A stretch of DNA of 64,000 nucleotides from an uncultured Gemmatimonadales bacterium (GTDB taxonomy: Bacteria > Gemmatimonadota > Gemmatimonadetes > Gemmatimonadales > GWC2-71-9). Positions 10,100 to 18,344 of the stretch are shown one piece after another. The notes below the pieces were generated by a model. That model was not told where the DNA came from, made no database searches, and was given only the letters and a program-made list of their open reading frames with translations. Position numbers and translations under genes: made by a program. Within the stretch, counting starts at the first letter, position 1, and each line of letters starts with the position of its first letter. The stretch covers positions 224,001-288,000 of the forward strand of contig CAVOGR010000002.1 of NCBI GenBank assembly GCA_963695555.1, given 5' to 3'.

Positions 10100-10633
10100 A
10101 TGCAACCCATGATTCGACAACGCATTACCGATGCGGCCACCCGGGTCTTGATCCGCGATGGCCTGGATCGCTGGACCGTCGAGGCCGTGGCGACGGAGGC
10201 GGGCTGCGCGAAGGGCCTGGTTCATTACCACCACGGAACAAAGGCCAAGTTACTCGCCGAGGTGGCGCAGCAGATGTCCCGAAGCCGTATGGACCAACGG
10301 CGCAGCGCCCTCACGCACTCCGGAGCTTCGAGCCTCGACGCCTTGTGGGCGATGCTCGAGGGCAACGTCTCCTCCGGCAAGACGGCCGCGTGGCTTTCAC
10401 TTCTGGGGTACCGGGGTGGGGCCACCGAGCGGTTAGGCCCGAGTGATGACGAACTCGGTGAGTTCGCGGAGCGGGCTGCCCGAGCTTTGGCCCTCCCTGC
10501 CCTGCCACTGGCCAAAGGTCGGGCCCTTCACGCGGCCCTCGATGGGTTCGAAATCGCCCTGGCCACTCAGTCGGACACCGAGGCGGTCCATGAGGCCTAT
10601 CACACGCTCTGGCTCGTGATGATCTCTGTCTAA
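10100..10633 (+). CDS. TetR/AcrR-family transcriptional regulator
   Basis: ITDAATRVL..G....TVEAVATEAGCAKGLVHYHHGTK HTH. Confidence 0.88.
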   Translation: MQPMIRQRITDAATRVLIRDGLDRWTVEAVATEAGCAKGLVHYHHGTKAKLLAEVAQQMSRSRMDQRRSALTHSGASSLDALWAMLEGNVSSGKTAAWLSLLGYRGGATERLGPSDDELGEFAERAARALALPALPLAKGRALHAALDGFEIALATQSDTEAVHEAYHTLWLVMISV

Positions 10634-13203
10634 CGACTGCGCCGCGCCCGCCGCGGGGTCTTTGCCTTCCGCCGGTGAGACGTGGCTCCGCGGGATTCCC
10701 GCGAAAGCTCGCGGAGTTTGGTACGCAATTCCGGAAGGCTCTGCGCTCGGACCGCCGGCTGCTGGCCCCTGACGACGGTGAACCAAATGGGGCGGCCAAC
10801 ATCAGGCAGGTCTGACTCTTGGAGACGCCTGGCCTGTCCCTCGCGGAGCTGAAGACGGGCGATCCCCACGCCGCCCTCCACGTCGTAGCCGATGGGCACG
10901 GCATCGCCGCGCACCCGCACCTTCGACGGCAGGGCATTCAACCGTCGCCGCACACCGCGCTCCACCAACGATTCCCCATCGAGGTTGACGGGAGTCGCGA
11001 GAAACGACCGCCATCCCGTGACATGATCGAGCTGCGTCCGGACCAGCTGGCGGACGGCGTGGGGCGCGATGTGGTCGAGGTCGCCACCGGAGCGCCGATA
11101 GAGCTCTCCGAGGTCGCGCGCCGCGTCGCGCACCGTCCTCTGGCTGGGATGGGAGGTTCCTCCCGCGAGCAATGCCTCCGTCAGCGCGTCCCGGGCCGGC
11201 CCCAGAAGCTCGTTCGGGACCGGGTCGGGCAGCGCGGAGACCTCCGTGTCCAACGCGAATCCGAAGTACTCGAGGCGGCGTTCCGCCGTGAGCTGCGGCC
11301 GCTTGCGCGGGCCTGTCACGCTCACGATCGGCGGGCCCAGCACGGCGTGGCGGCGAATCAGCTCGTAGGGTAGCGTGGTGCCTTCGATAGCGGCACGGGG
11401 CCTGCCGAACCGGTCGGCGAAGTAGCGTAGGGTCCCGGCAACGGCCCCCCAGCTGCCGGCCATCGATGCTCGTGCCACCCTGGCTTCTTGGCCATCAATG
11501 GTCTGTTCATCAATCACCAGATCGAACGGACACACGCGGGCCACCAACTCCATGAACTGACGCTTCAATGCTTTCGAGACGACCGGAAGTTGCTTGGGCA
11601 GTGGGAGCTCAAGCGAACGATAGACGGACGCCATGCCCATCGCGGCATCCTCAATCGCCTTGACCAGAATCCCGCGCTCCAGGGCCCACTCGTCCAGGCC
11701 GTCATCGAACACGTGTCGTGGCAGGCCATAGACCGCGCCGATGGTTCCGAACTGATTCACCGCCTGGGCGTACAGGTTATACGTTGTGAGGTGGTCGCTC
11801 CCATTGACGAGGAGGCCGTGGAGATCTCGCTCGTCTCTGGTCATGCGATGGAGTGAGTCGATGTTTGCGATGACGGCTACGATGGGAATGAGGGGGGTGT
11901 CGGCATGCACCAACAATTCCCCCAACGGCCGCTCGACCGGCAGTGCCTCGACCTCGCGACCATAGGTGGTCAGCCGACCATTCGACACCAATCCACGCGC
12001 CGTCAGCAAATCGATACCCTTGCGATACGCCGCGCGATCGAGCGGTACCGGAAGGTCGAGTTCGCCGGCATCCACCCCGAGTGAGGCACAGGTCATGGCG
12101 ACACGCTCGGTGTCGCCGGCCAGTTGAAATTCGGGCGGCCCGGGACGCAGTTCGTCGAACACGAGATCCCGATCGCTGAGGATCGTCACCTCGCCGGAAG
12201 GCACCCGCCCGTGAACTCGTCCCGCCATCTGAAGGATCTCGTTGGCGCCGAGGTAGAGCCGATGCAGCACCTTCCGGCCACCATCGACTACCATGGCGTA
12301 TCGGGCATCGTAAATCACCACCGTATTCAGCCCGGGTAGATTGAGCGCGGACTGACCCGCGGCGGTCATGGCGAGCAGCCACGGGTGTTCAACGGCACCC
12401 TCGAGAAAGGGCCGGATGACGCGAATCGGCTCACCGCCGTGATAGAACGCGGTGGCCAGCCGCCGCCACTCGGCACCGAGCCGAGCCGCCAATTGTTCCA
12501 CTTCGGCCCGGGTCGGCACGAACACGGCAACGCCACGCCGTTCCTTTATCAGTCGCCGGAGGTATCTCGCGTCCAGAAATTCCTCGACACGCCGGGGGAC
12601 GACAGACACGTCGGCTCGCAGGTTGGGATCGAACGCGGACGTGGTGAGGACGTTCGTCGAATCGAGATACTCGGCGTAGAACGTGGGATCTACAGTCGCA
12701 CTCAGCCAGATGAACCGACATCCCGCCCGCTTCCCCAACGCGAGACACAGTTCTAGTTCAGCGGAAGTTTGGTGGATTTCATCGACCACGAGCGTGTCGC
12801 GGGCGCTGATGAGAGTGTCCTCGAACCAGCGGCGTGCAATGCCGGTGGTCACGATGATGACGTTCCAGTTCGGGGTCTCGGGAGTCGCCTCGCGTTCGCG
12901 GTTGACGACTCCTACGGCTAGTGGCTCTTGAAGAATTTCCCCGGCAATCGGACGGATACCGAGGGTCTTGCCGGTACCCGTGCCCGCGACGATGCCGAAA
13001 CCCGTCCCGGATCTGGCCCAGGCACGGATCTCCGGACCATGCTCACGCTCGAGCAGGGTGGATACATGCGTCGCGAGCGCGAGCTCGATCGTTTCACAGG
13101 CTGCCCGGGTCGGCGCGATCACGATGACGCGCCCACGCGGGTGACGTGCTCGGCGGTAGGCCTCCGGATCCGGAGGAAGAAGATGATCGCGTCCCGGGTG
13201 CAT
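10630..13203 (-). CDS. DExH-box (HrpB-like) SF2 helicase
   Basis: GTGTGKT, TTG, DEIH, SAT, QMAGRVHGR, winged-helix/ratchet LTTYGR. Confidence 0.8.
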   Translation of the reverse strand: MHPGRDHLLPPDPEAYRRARHPRGRVIVIAPTRAACETIELALATHVSTLLEREHGPEIRAWARSGTGFGIVAGTGTGKTLGIRPIAGEILQEPLAVGVVNREREATPETPNWNVIIVTTGIARRWFEDTLISARDTLVVDEIHQTSAELELCLALGKRAGCRFIWLSATVDPTFYAEYLDSTNVLTTSAFDPNLRADVSVVPRRVEEFLDARYLRRLIKERRGVAVFVPTRAEVEQLAARLGAEWRRLATAFYHGGEPIRVIRPFLEGAVEHPWLLAMTAAGQSALNLPGLNTVVIYDARYAMVVDGGRKVLHRLYLGANEILQMAGRVHGRVPSGEVTILSDRDLVFDELRPGPPEFQLAGDTERVAMTCASLGVDAGELDLPVPLDRAAYRKGIDLLTARGLVSNGRLTTYGREVEALPVERPLGELLVHADTPLIPIVAVIANIDSLHRMTRDERDLHGLLVNGSDHLTTYNLYAQAVNQFGTIGAVYGLPRHVFDDGLDEWALERGILVKAIEDAAMGMASVYRSLELPLPKQLPVVSKALKRQFMELVARVCPFDLVIDEQTIDGQEARVARASMAGSWGAVAGTLRYFADRFGRPRAAIEGTTLPYELIRRHAVLGPPIVSVTGPRKRPQLTAERRLEYFGFALDTEVSALPDPVPNELLGPARDALTEALLAGGTSHPSQRTVRDAARDLGELYRRSGGDLDHIAPHAVRQLVRTQLDHVTGWRSFLATPVNLDGESLVERGVRRRLNALPSKVRVRGDAVPIGYDVEGGVGIARLQLREGQARRLQESDLPDVGRPIWFTVVRGQQPAVRAQSLPELRTKLRELSRESRGATSHRRKAKTPRRARRSR

Positions 13204-13249
13204 CGGTGGAAGAAAAGGCTGGTGGCGGAACGAAGGGAAGGGCCCAAAC

Positions 13250-13283
13250 GACAGCGATCCCCACTCACGTGGGGATCGCTGTC
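13250..13283. terminator. Perfect 15-bp inverted repeat, probable terminator downstream of 13335-13811
   Basis: GACAGCGATCCCCAC-TCAC-GTGGGGATCGCTGTC; no clear U-tract. Confidence 0.6.
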
Positions 13284-13334
13284 CTGCATCTATACCCTCA
13301 GGCGCCGTGTGGCGCTCGTTTCAGTACGCCGGCC

Positions 13335-13811
13335 TTAGTCGTCGTAGTCCCAATACTCACGCGCCCCCACCTCCCGGACTCGCCGATTCCGATCATCGCT
13401 TCTCAGTCGGTCCGGTGCATCGTGATAGAATCGTCCGCCGCGTTCCCACACGACCACGCGCCGAAATGCCAAACCACGACGATTCAGGCGGTCGAAGGCG
13501 GCTCGATCATAGAATCGACCTGCATAGACATAGAGCGTGACCGGTCGATACCCATGTCGCTTCCACCAGCCGCGGGCTTGGCCGCGGGGCGCGTGCAGTC
13601 GCGCCACCCGAATGGCTCGAACGGGATAGCGATGCCCGACAAATCGCCGGTCGACATCATAGCGATAGCCATGAGGACGATCTCCAATGATTACATGTCC
13701 GCGAACCGGTCCGGAGCGGAGGACAACGTCCGCCGTCACGCGTTGCCCCGCTGCCGTTGCCGGGGCCGCAACGAAGAGCGCAACCAGCGCGCCCATTGGT
13801 ATCAGATGTCT
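13335..13811 (-). CDS. Secreted Arg/Tyr-rich hypothetical protein
   Basis: GGAGG RBS, Sec signal MRHLIPMGALVALFVAAPATA, very basic mature part. Confidence 0.7.
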   Translation of the reverse strand, partial: RHLIPMGALVALFVAAPATAAGQRVTADVVLRSGPVRGHVIIGDRPHGYRYDVDRRFVGHRYPVRAIRVARLHAPRGQARGWWKRHGYRPVTLYVYAGRFYDRAAFDRLNRRGLAFRRVVVWERGGRFYHDAPDRLRSDDRNRRVREVGAREYWDYDD

Positions 13812-13852
13812 CATTGGTGCCTCCAACCTCGTTAGGTCCTGACGAATGGAGG

Positions 13853-13887
13853 TGCCAGGGACGTGCCATTTCCATAAGTGATTGATA
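13853..13887 (-). promoter_or_regulatory. sigma54 (-24/-12) promoter with adjacent IHF site
   Basis: Minus strand TGGCACG-TCCC-TGGCA (GG-N10-GC); TATCAA-TCAC-TTA is an exact WATCAANNNNTTR match. Confidence 0.65.
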
Positions 13888-14138
13888 AAAAAGGAGATAC
13901 AGTATATCGACTGGCACCGGAGTGTCCTCTTTCACGGACATTCCTCTGCGCCTGGCGACACGAGACCGCCGGCAGGACCAGGGATGGGTCACCCTGCGCG
14001 GTCAACCGCAGGGGCGGCCCGCGGACTCGACGGGGCTCAGCCGACGGCCTACCTTTCCGCTCCGCCTCTCCCCCAGGCGGCACAACCGGCTCGTTGTCGG
14101 TACTGGATTCACCTCCATCGAATCGGCGAGGCTTCGAC

Positions 14139-14636
14139 GTGAGCGCAGCGTACCGAGTTCGGGTGAGCAAGGACTACCTCACGTTTGCCTCTGCCCACTT
14201 CATCACATTCCAAGGGCATCGTTGTGAGACGCTGCATGGACACAACTACCGGGTCGCGGCCACCGTCGAAGGGGCGCTCGACCCGGAGTGTCAGTTCGTC
14301 GTCGACTTTGGTGTGCTCAAGGCTGTGTTGCGGCGCCTGGTGGAGGATATCGACCACAAGGTCTTGCTTCCAACCAAGAACCCCAAGGTGGGGTTACGCG
14401 AGGAGCAGGACCGCCTTTTCGTGGATTATCTGGGCACATCGACGTACGTCTTTCCGGTCAGGGATTGCGCCTTGCTTCCCATTGCGAACACGACGGCAGA
14501 AGAACTTGCAGCGCACTTTGCCGCAGAAGTGCGCGAGCACCTGCTTCGTGACGGCTATACCAGCCTCACCGCCCTGGAGATCGAAGTGGAGGAGAGTTTC
14601 GGCCAGTCCGCGACCTACCGGGCACCGCTTCCCTAG
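14139..14636 (+). CDS. 6-pyruvoyl-tetrahydropterin synthase family protein (QueD/PTPS-I/III hybrid motif)
   Basis: FASAHF, CETLHGHNY, VDF..LK, DHK.L, NTTAEELA. Confidence 0.88.
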   Translation: MSAAYRVRVSKDYLTFASAHFITFQGHRCETLHGHNYRVAATVEGALDPECQFVVDFGVLKAVLRRLVEDIDHKVLLPTKNPKVGLREEQDRLFVDYLGTSTYVFPVRDCALLPIANTTAEELAAHFAAEVREHLLRDGYTSLTALEIEVEESFGQSATYRAPLP

Positions 14637-14675
14637 GCGGGTCGCGCCGCTCGGGGTGCCGCCACAGATGTTTCG

Positions 14676-16166
14676 ATGACTCACGCCGCTCCGGCATTGG
14701 CCCTGGAACTCAGTTCCCCACTCGCGCCGACGGATGCGTGTGCGCGCTTTCTCGACCTTCCGCACGTCCTCCTGCTCGACAGCGCAGCCGTGAGCTCTCA
14801 ACGGGGGCAGTTCTCGTTCTTGGCTGCCGATCCTGCCTTCGTGGTTCGAAGCAAGGGCCCGATCACCTCGGTTCGCGCTCGGGGATCGACCGTTTGGCAC
14901 GCAGCCCCGGGCGGAGCGCTCGAGACGGTGGAGCGGCTCCTGGAGACCTTCGCCACCGACCGGCTGGCCGGTCTTCCGCCCTTTCAAGGCGGGGCCGCCG
15001 GATACATCGGATACGAGTACGGCGGCCGGCTCGAGCGGTTGCCCGCTCCGTCGATTGATACACTCACCCTGCCGGACGTGGTGCTCGGCGTCTACGACTG
15101 GGTGGTGGCGTGGGATCATGCAACCGGTCACGCCTGGATCGTCTCGACGGGAATACCCGAGCGAGGTTGGCGGGCTGAGAGGCTGGCTCGCGATCGCCTG
15201 CAGATGGTAACGGACCGGCTCGCTGGGCCGGCCCAGGCTCCCACGCCAGTACCCCGCGTGCGCCCCAGACCAGCAATCGACAGCGTTCCGGTTCGTGATG
15301 TCCCTGGCGCCGACGCTATCGGTCTCCGGTCGACATTCAGCCGCGAGGGATACGTCCAGGCAGTGCGGCGTGTCCGCGAGTACATCCTGGCGGGGGACAT
15401 CTTTCAGGCCAATCTCTCTCAACGGTTCGATGCTCGGCAGGCCGGGTCCCCGTTCCTGGCCTATCGCCGATTGCGCCACCGCACCCCGGCGGCATTTGCA
15501 GCCTATCTCGTCACCGACGATGCTATCGTCCTGTCCGCGTCCCCCGAGCGCTTTTTGCGACTGGACCATCGCGGCCATGTCGAATCATCCCCGATCAAGG
15601 GTACCCGGCCCCGCGGGGATTCTCCGGAGGGCGACACCGCCCTTGCGGCGGAACTCCTGTCGAGCGAGAAGGACCGCGCCGAGAATGTCATGATCGCCGA
15701 TCTCCTGCGGAACGACCTGTCACGGGTGTGCCGCCCGGGGTCGGTCAGGGCCAGCACCATGCTCGAGCTCGAGACACACCCGACGGTCCACCACCTGGTA
15801 TCCACCATCGTCGGCGAGCTTTTGCCGGACTCGAACAGGTTCGATCTCCTCCGCGCCACGTTTCCGGGAGGGTCGATCACCGGCGCTCCCAAGGTGCGGG
15901 CCATGGAAATCATCGCAGAGCTCGAGCCGACGGTTCGCGGCGTGTACTGCGGATCCATCGGGTATTTGAGCGTGACCGGCGAGATGGATCTCAGCATTGC
16001 CATCCGTACCGGCGTGCGGGTTGGGCAGCAGTTTTACTTCCAAGCCGGAGGCGGCATCGTGGCGGACTCCGATGCCGAATCGGAATACCAGGAGACCCTG
16101 GACAAGGCGCGGGCCTTGATCGACGCCTGCCACGGGGCACCACAACCGGTCGAGATCGACCGATGA
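14676..16166 (+). CDS. pabB: Aminodeoxychorismate synthase component I
   Basis: LLDSA, GDIFQANLS, SPERFL, PIKGT (PabB-type Lys), KDRAENVMIADLLRND, FPGGSITGAPK. Confidence 0.9.
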   Translation: MTHAAPALALELSSPLAPTDACARFLDLPHVLLLDSAAVSSQRGQFSFLAADPAFVVRSKGPITSVRARGSTVWHAAPGGALETVERLLETFATDRLAGLPPFQGGAAGYIGYEYGGRLERLPAPSIDTLTLPDVVLGVYDWVVAWDHATGHAWIVSTGIPERGWRAERLARDRLQMVTDRLAGPAQAPTPVPRVRPRPAIDSVPVRDVPGADAIGLRSTFSREGYVQAVRRVREYILAGDIFQANLSQRFDARQAGSPFLAYRRLRHRTPAAFAAYLVTDDAIVLSASPERFLRLDHRGHVESSPIKGTRPRGDSPEGDTALAAELLSSEKDRAENVMIADLLRNDLSRVCRPGSVRASTMLELETHPTVHHLVSTIVGELLPDSNRFDLLRATFPGGSITGAPKVRAMEIIAELEPTVRGVYCGSIGYLSVTGEMDLSIAIRTGVRVGQQFYFQAGGGIVADSDAESEYQETLDKARALIDACHGAPQPVEIDR

Positions 16167-16810
16167 TTCTCCTCATCGACAACTACGATTCGTTCGTGTA
16201 CAACCTTGCTCGGTACGTGCGCGAACTTGGCCAAACCACGGAAGTGCGCCGACACGATGCCGTTACGTGCGACGAGATCTACGCGCTGGCGCCGACGCAC
16301 ATCATCATCTCGCCCGGCCCGCGTACGCCAACCGAGGCGGGCGTCTCCACTGACGTCGTTCGCCACCTCGGGATGGATACCCCGATTCTCGGCGTGTGTC
16401 TCGGTCACCAGTGTATCGGGGCCGCGTATGGTGCCCGGGTCGTGAGGGCTAAGCATCCGATGCACGGCAAGACATCCCGCATCTCTCACGACGGGACGGG
16501 GATCTTCACCACAATCCCCAATCCCTTCCTTGCCACGCGGTATCACTCGCTCGTGCTCGAGCCGGCGACCCTGCCGCCGGATCTGCAGGTGATCGCCACC
16601 GCCGACGACGGCGACATCATGGCAGTGCGCCACCGCCTGCATCCCGTTGTCGGCGTTCAATTTCATCCGGAATCGGTATTGACCGAGTGCGGCTATCGGC
16701 TGCTTGCCAACTTTCTCGACCTGGCTCCGGAAGCGCCCGTCCCCCCGACGGCAGACGGACTCCGAGCCGGGTATTCTGGTGCGGGTGTGGAGGAGGGTGC
16801 GGCGGACTAG
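16163..16810 (+). CDS. pabA: Glutamine amidotransferase, aminodeoxychorismate/anthranilate synthase component II
   Basis: MILLIDNYDSFVYNL, SPGP, GVCLGHQ, QFHPES; ATGA overlap with pabB. Confidence 0.92.
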   Translation: MILLIDNYDSFVYNLARYVRELGQTTEVRRHDAVTCDEIYALAPTHIIISPGPRTPTEAGVSTDVVRHLGMDTPILGVCLGHQCIGAAYGARVVRAKHPMHGKTSRISHDGTGIFTTIPNPFLATRYHSLVLEPATLPPDLQVIATADDGDIMAVRHRLHPVVGVQFHPESVLTECGYRLLANFLDLAPEAPVPPTADGLRAGYSGAGVEEGAAD

Positions 16811-17889
16811 TCGCCGAGACTGATCTCGAGGTCGCGGGCGGTAGACAGGGTGTCATTGTCCAGCGGCACTCGCTTGGTTCGTCCCTCGACTTCATCGAGC
16901 GGAACCCGGACAATGGATTGGGCTGCCAAGCCCACCATGCATCCGAACTCGCCATCGGCAACCGCACGTACGGCCGCGGTGCCGAACCGGAGCGCCAGCA
17001 ACCGGTCAAAGGTCGTGGGGGTGCCGCCGCGCTGCAGATGTCCGAGCACAAGGCAGCGGGTTTCCTTTCCCGTGCGCTCGGCGATCGCGTCAGCGACCTG
17101 ATTCCCAATGCCGCCCAGCCGCTCCGCGCCACCCGCCTTACGACGCTCGATCAGGACCGGTATTCCGCCCTTCGGGACCGCGCCCTCGGCCACGACCACC
17201 ATACTGAAACGCCGCCCGCGCGACTCCCGGAGCCGGATCTTGTCGCACACCTTCTCGATATCGAACGGGATTTCAGGAATCAAAATGACGTCGGCCGTCG
17301 CCGATATTCCGCTGTGCAGGGCGATCCACCCGGCGTGGCGGCCCATCAGTTCGATGACCATGACACGATCGTGACTCTCGGCTGTGGAGTGGAGCTTGTC
17401 GATGGCTTCCGTGGCGGTGCTCACCGCCGAGTCGAACCCAAACGTCTGCTCCGTGCCGTGCACGTCGTTGTCGATCGTCTTGGGAACTCCGACGACCGGG
17501 AGGCCCTTCCGCCAGAGACGGTGTGCGATGTGGAGGCTGCCCTCTCCACCGATCGCGACCAAGCCGTCGAGCCCCCGATCCCGAAATGCCGCGATTACGT
17601 CGTCCGCGCGATCAATTTCATGCCCGGTGCCCGTGGCAATGTCTTCCGCAACCCACCGGAACGGATCCCCGCGATTGGTAGTGCCGAGGATGGTGCCGCC
17701 CAGATGAGTGATGCCGCGCACCTCCTCGCGGCCCAGCGGGATGACGCCTTCCCCCGACAGGAGGCCCCGATACCCTCGTCGAATGCCAAATGTCTCCCAG
17801 CCGCGCGAGAGCGCGGACAGAACCACCGCCCGGATCACTGCGTTCAGGCCTGGAGCGTCGCCACCGCCGGTGTTCACCGCTATGCGCAC
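16807..17889 (-). CDS. pfkA: 6-phosphofructokinase, probably ATP-dependent
   Basis: TGGGDAPGLN, GGEGS, PKTIDND, MGR, LGHLQRGG. Confidence 0.9.
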   Translation of the reverse strand: MRIAVNTGGGDAPGLNAVIRAVVLSALSRGWETFGIRRGYRGLLSGEGVIPLGREEVRGITHLGGTILGTTNRGDPFRWVAEDIATGTGHEIDRADDVIAAFRDRGLDGLVAIGGEGSLHIAHRLWRKGLPVVGVPKTIDNDVHGTEQTFGFDSAVSTATEAIDKLHSTAESHDRVMVIELMGRHAGWIALHSGISATADVILIPEIPFDIEKVCDKIRLRESRGRRFSMVVVAEGAVPKGGIPVLIERRKAGGAERLGGIGNQVADAIAERTGKETRCLVLGHLQRGGTPTTFDRLLALRFGTAAVRAVADGEFGCMVGLAAQSIVRVPLDEVEGRTKRVPLDNDTLSTARDLEISLGD

Positions 17890-18119
17890 GGGTCACGCCT
17901 CTGTTTGATCAGGGACAACACCTCGCCGGGCTCGGCATGGCGGCCCAACGACTGCTTGGAGAACACAAGTTCTCCATCCACCACGACCTCGAACCGTCCC
18001 CCGGACGATTCGATGAGCCGTGTTTCCGCCTCCGGAAATGCCTTCTCGAGCTCGGCCGCCAAACTGGCGGCCCGGGGCTGGTAGTTTCAGACGACGCAGA
18101 ATTCGATCGTGACGACCAT
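17880..18119 (-). CDS. SelT/SelW/SelH (Rdx) family selenoprotein, Sec at UGA 18087-18089
   Basis: MVVTIEFCVV-UGA-NYQPRAASLAAEL..SSGGRFEVVVDGELVFSK; CxxU motif; two track ORFs join in frame across the UGA. Confidence 0.9.
18054..18072 (-). promoter_or_regulatory. Bacterial SECIS-like hairpin
   Basis: GGCCGCCA-GUU-UGGCGGCC, starting 14 nt 3' of the in-frame UGA, G-U in the apical loop. Confidence 0.75.
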
Positions 18120-18344
18120 CGCGCTACCTTTCTTCAAATACGACAGGTGGAACTCGAATCGTAGCCCGCTCCCTAGACCCTGCCAAGGGAGTGATCCTGG
18201 CCCGGTCACCCTCCACACGGCCGGGGCGAACGGGAGCGCGACGCGACACCGACCCAGGTATATCTTTGCATCGATTCGATGGCCAGGACTCACCCACGGG
18301 GGTTGGTATCAGCCATCGTGGCATCGGCTTCAGCGGAGGATGAT

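Noticed and set aside
13912..13927. TGGCACC-GGAG-TGTCC as a plus-strand sigma54 promoter
   Set aside because: No GC at the -12 position
15728..16162. Long N-terminal extension of the pabA ORF
   Set aside because: Overlaps pabB out of frame; PabA begins at MILLIDNYDSF (16163)
16687..18084. 465-aa plus-strand ORF and many similar long antisense ORFs
   Set aside because: Antisense to clear genes; expected in high-GC DNA, no motifs
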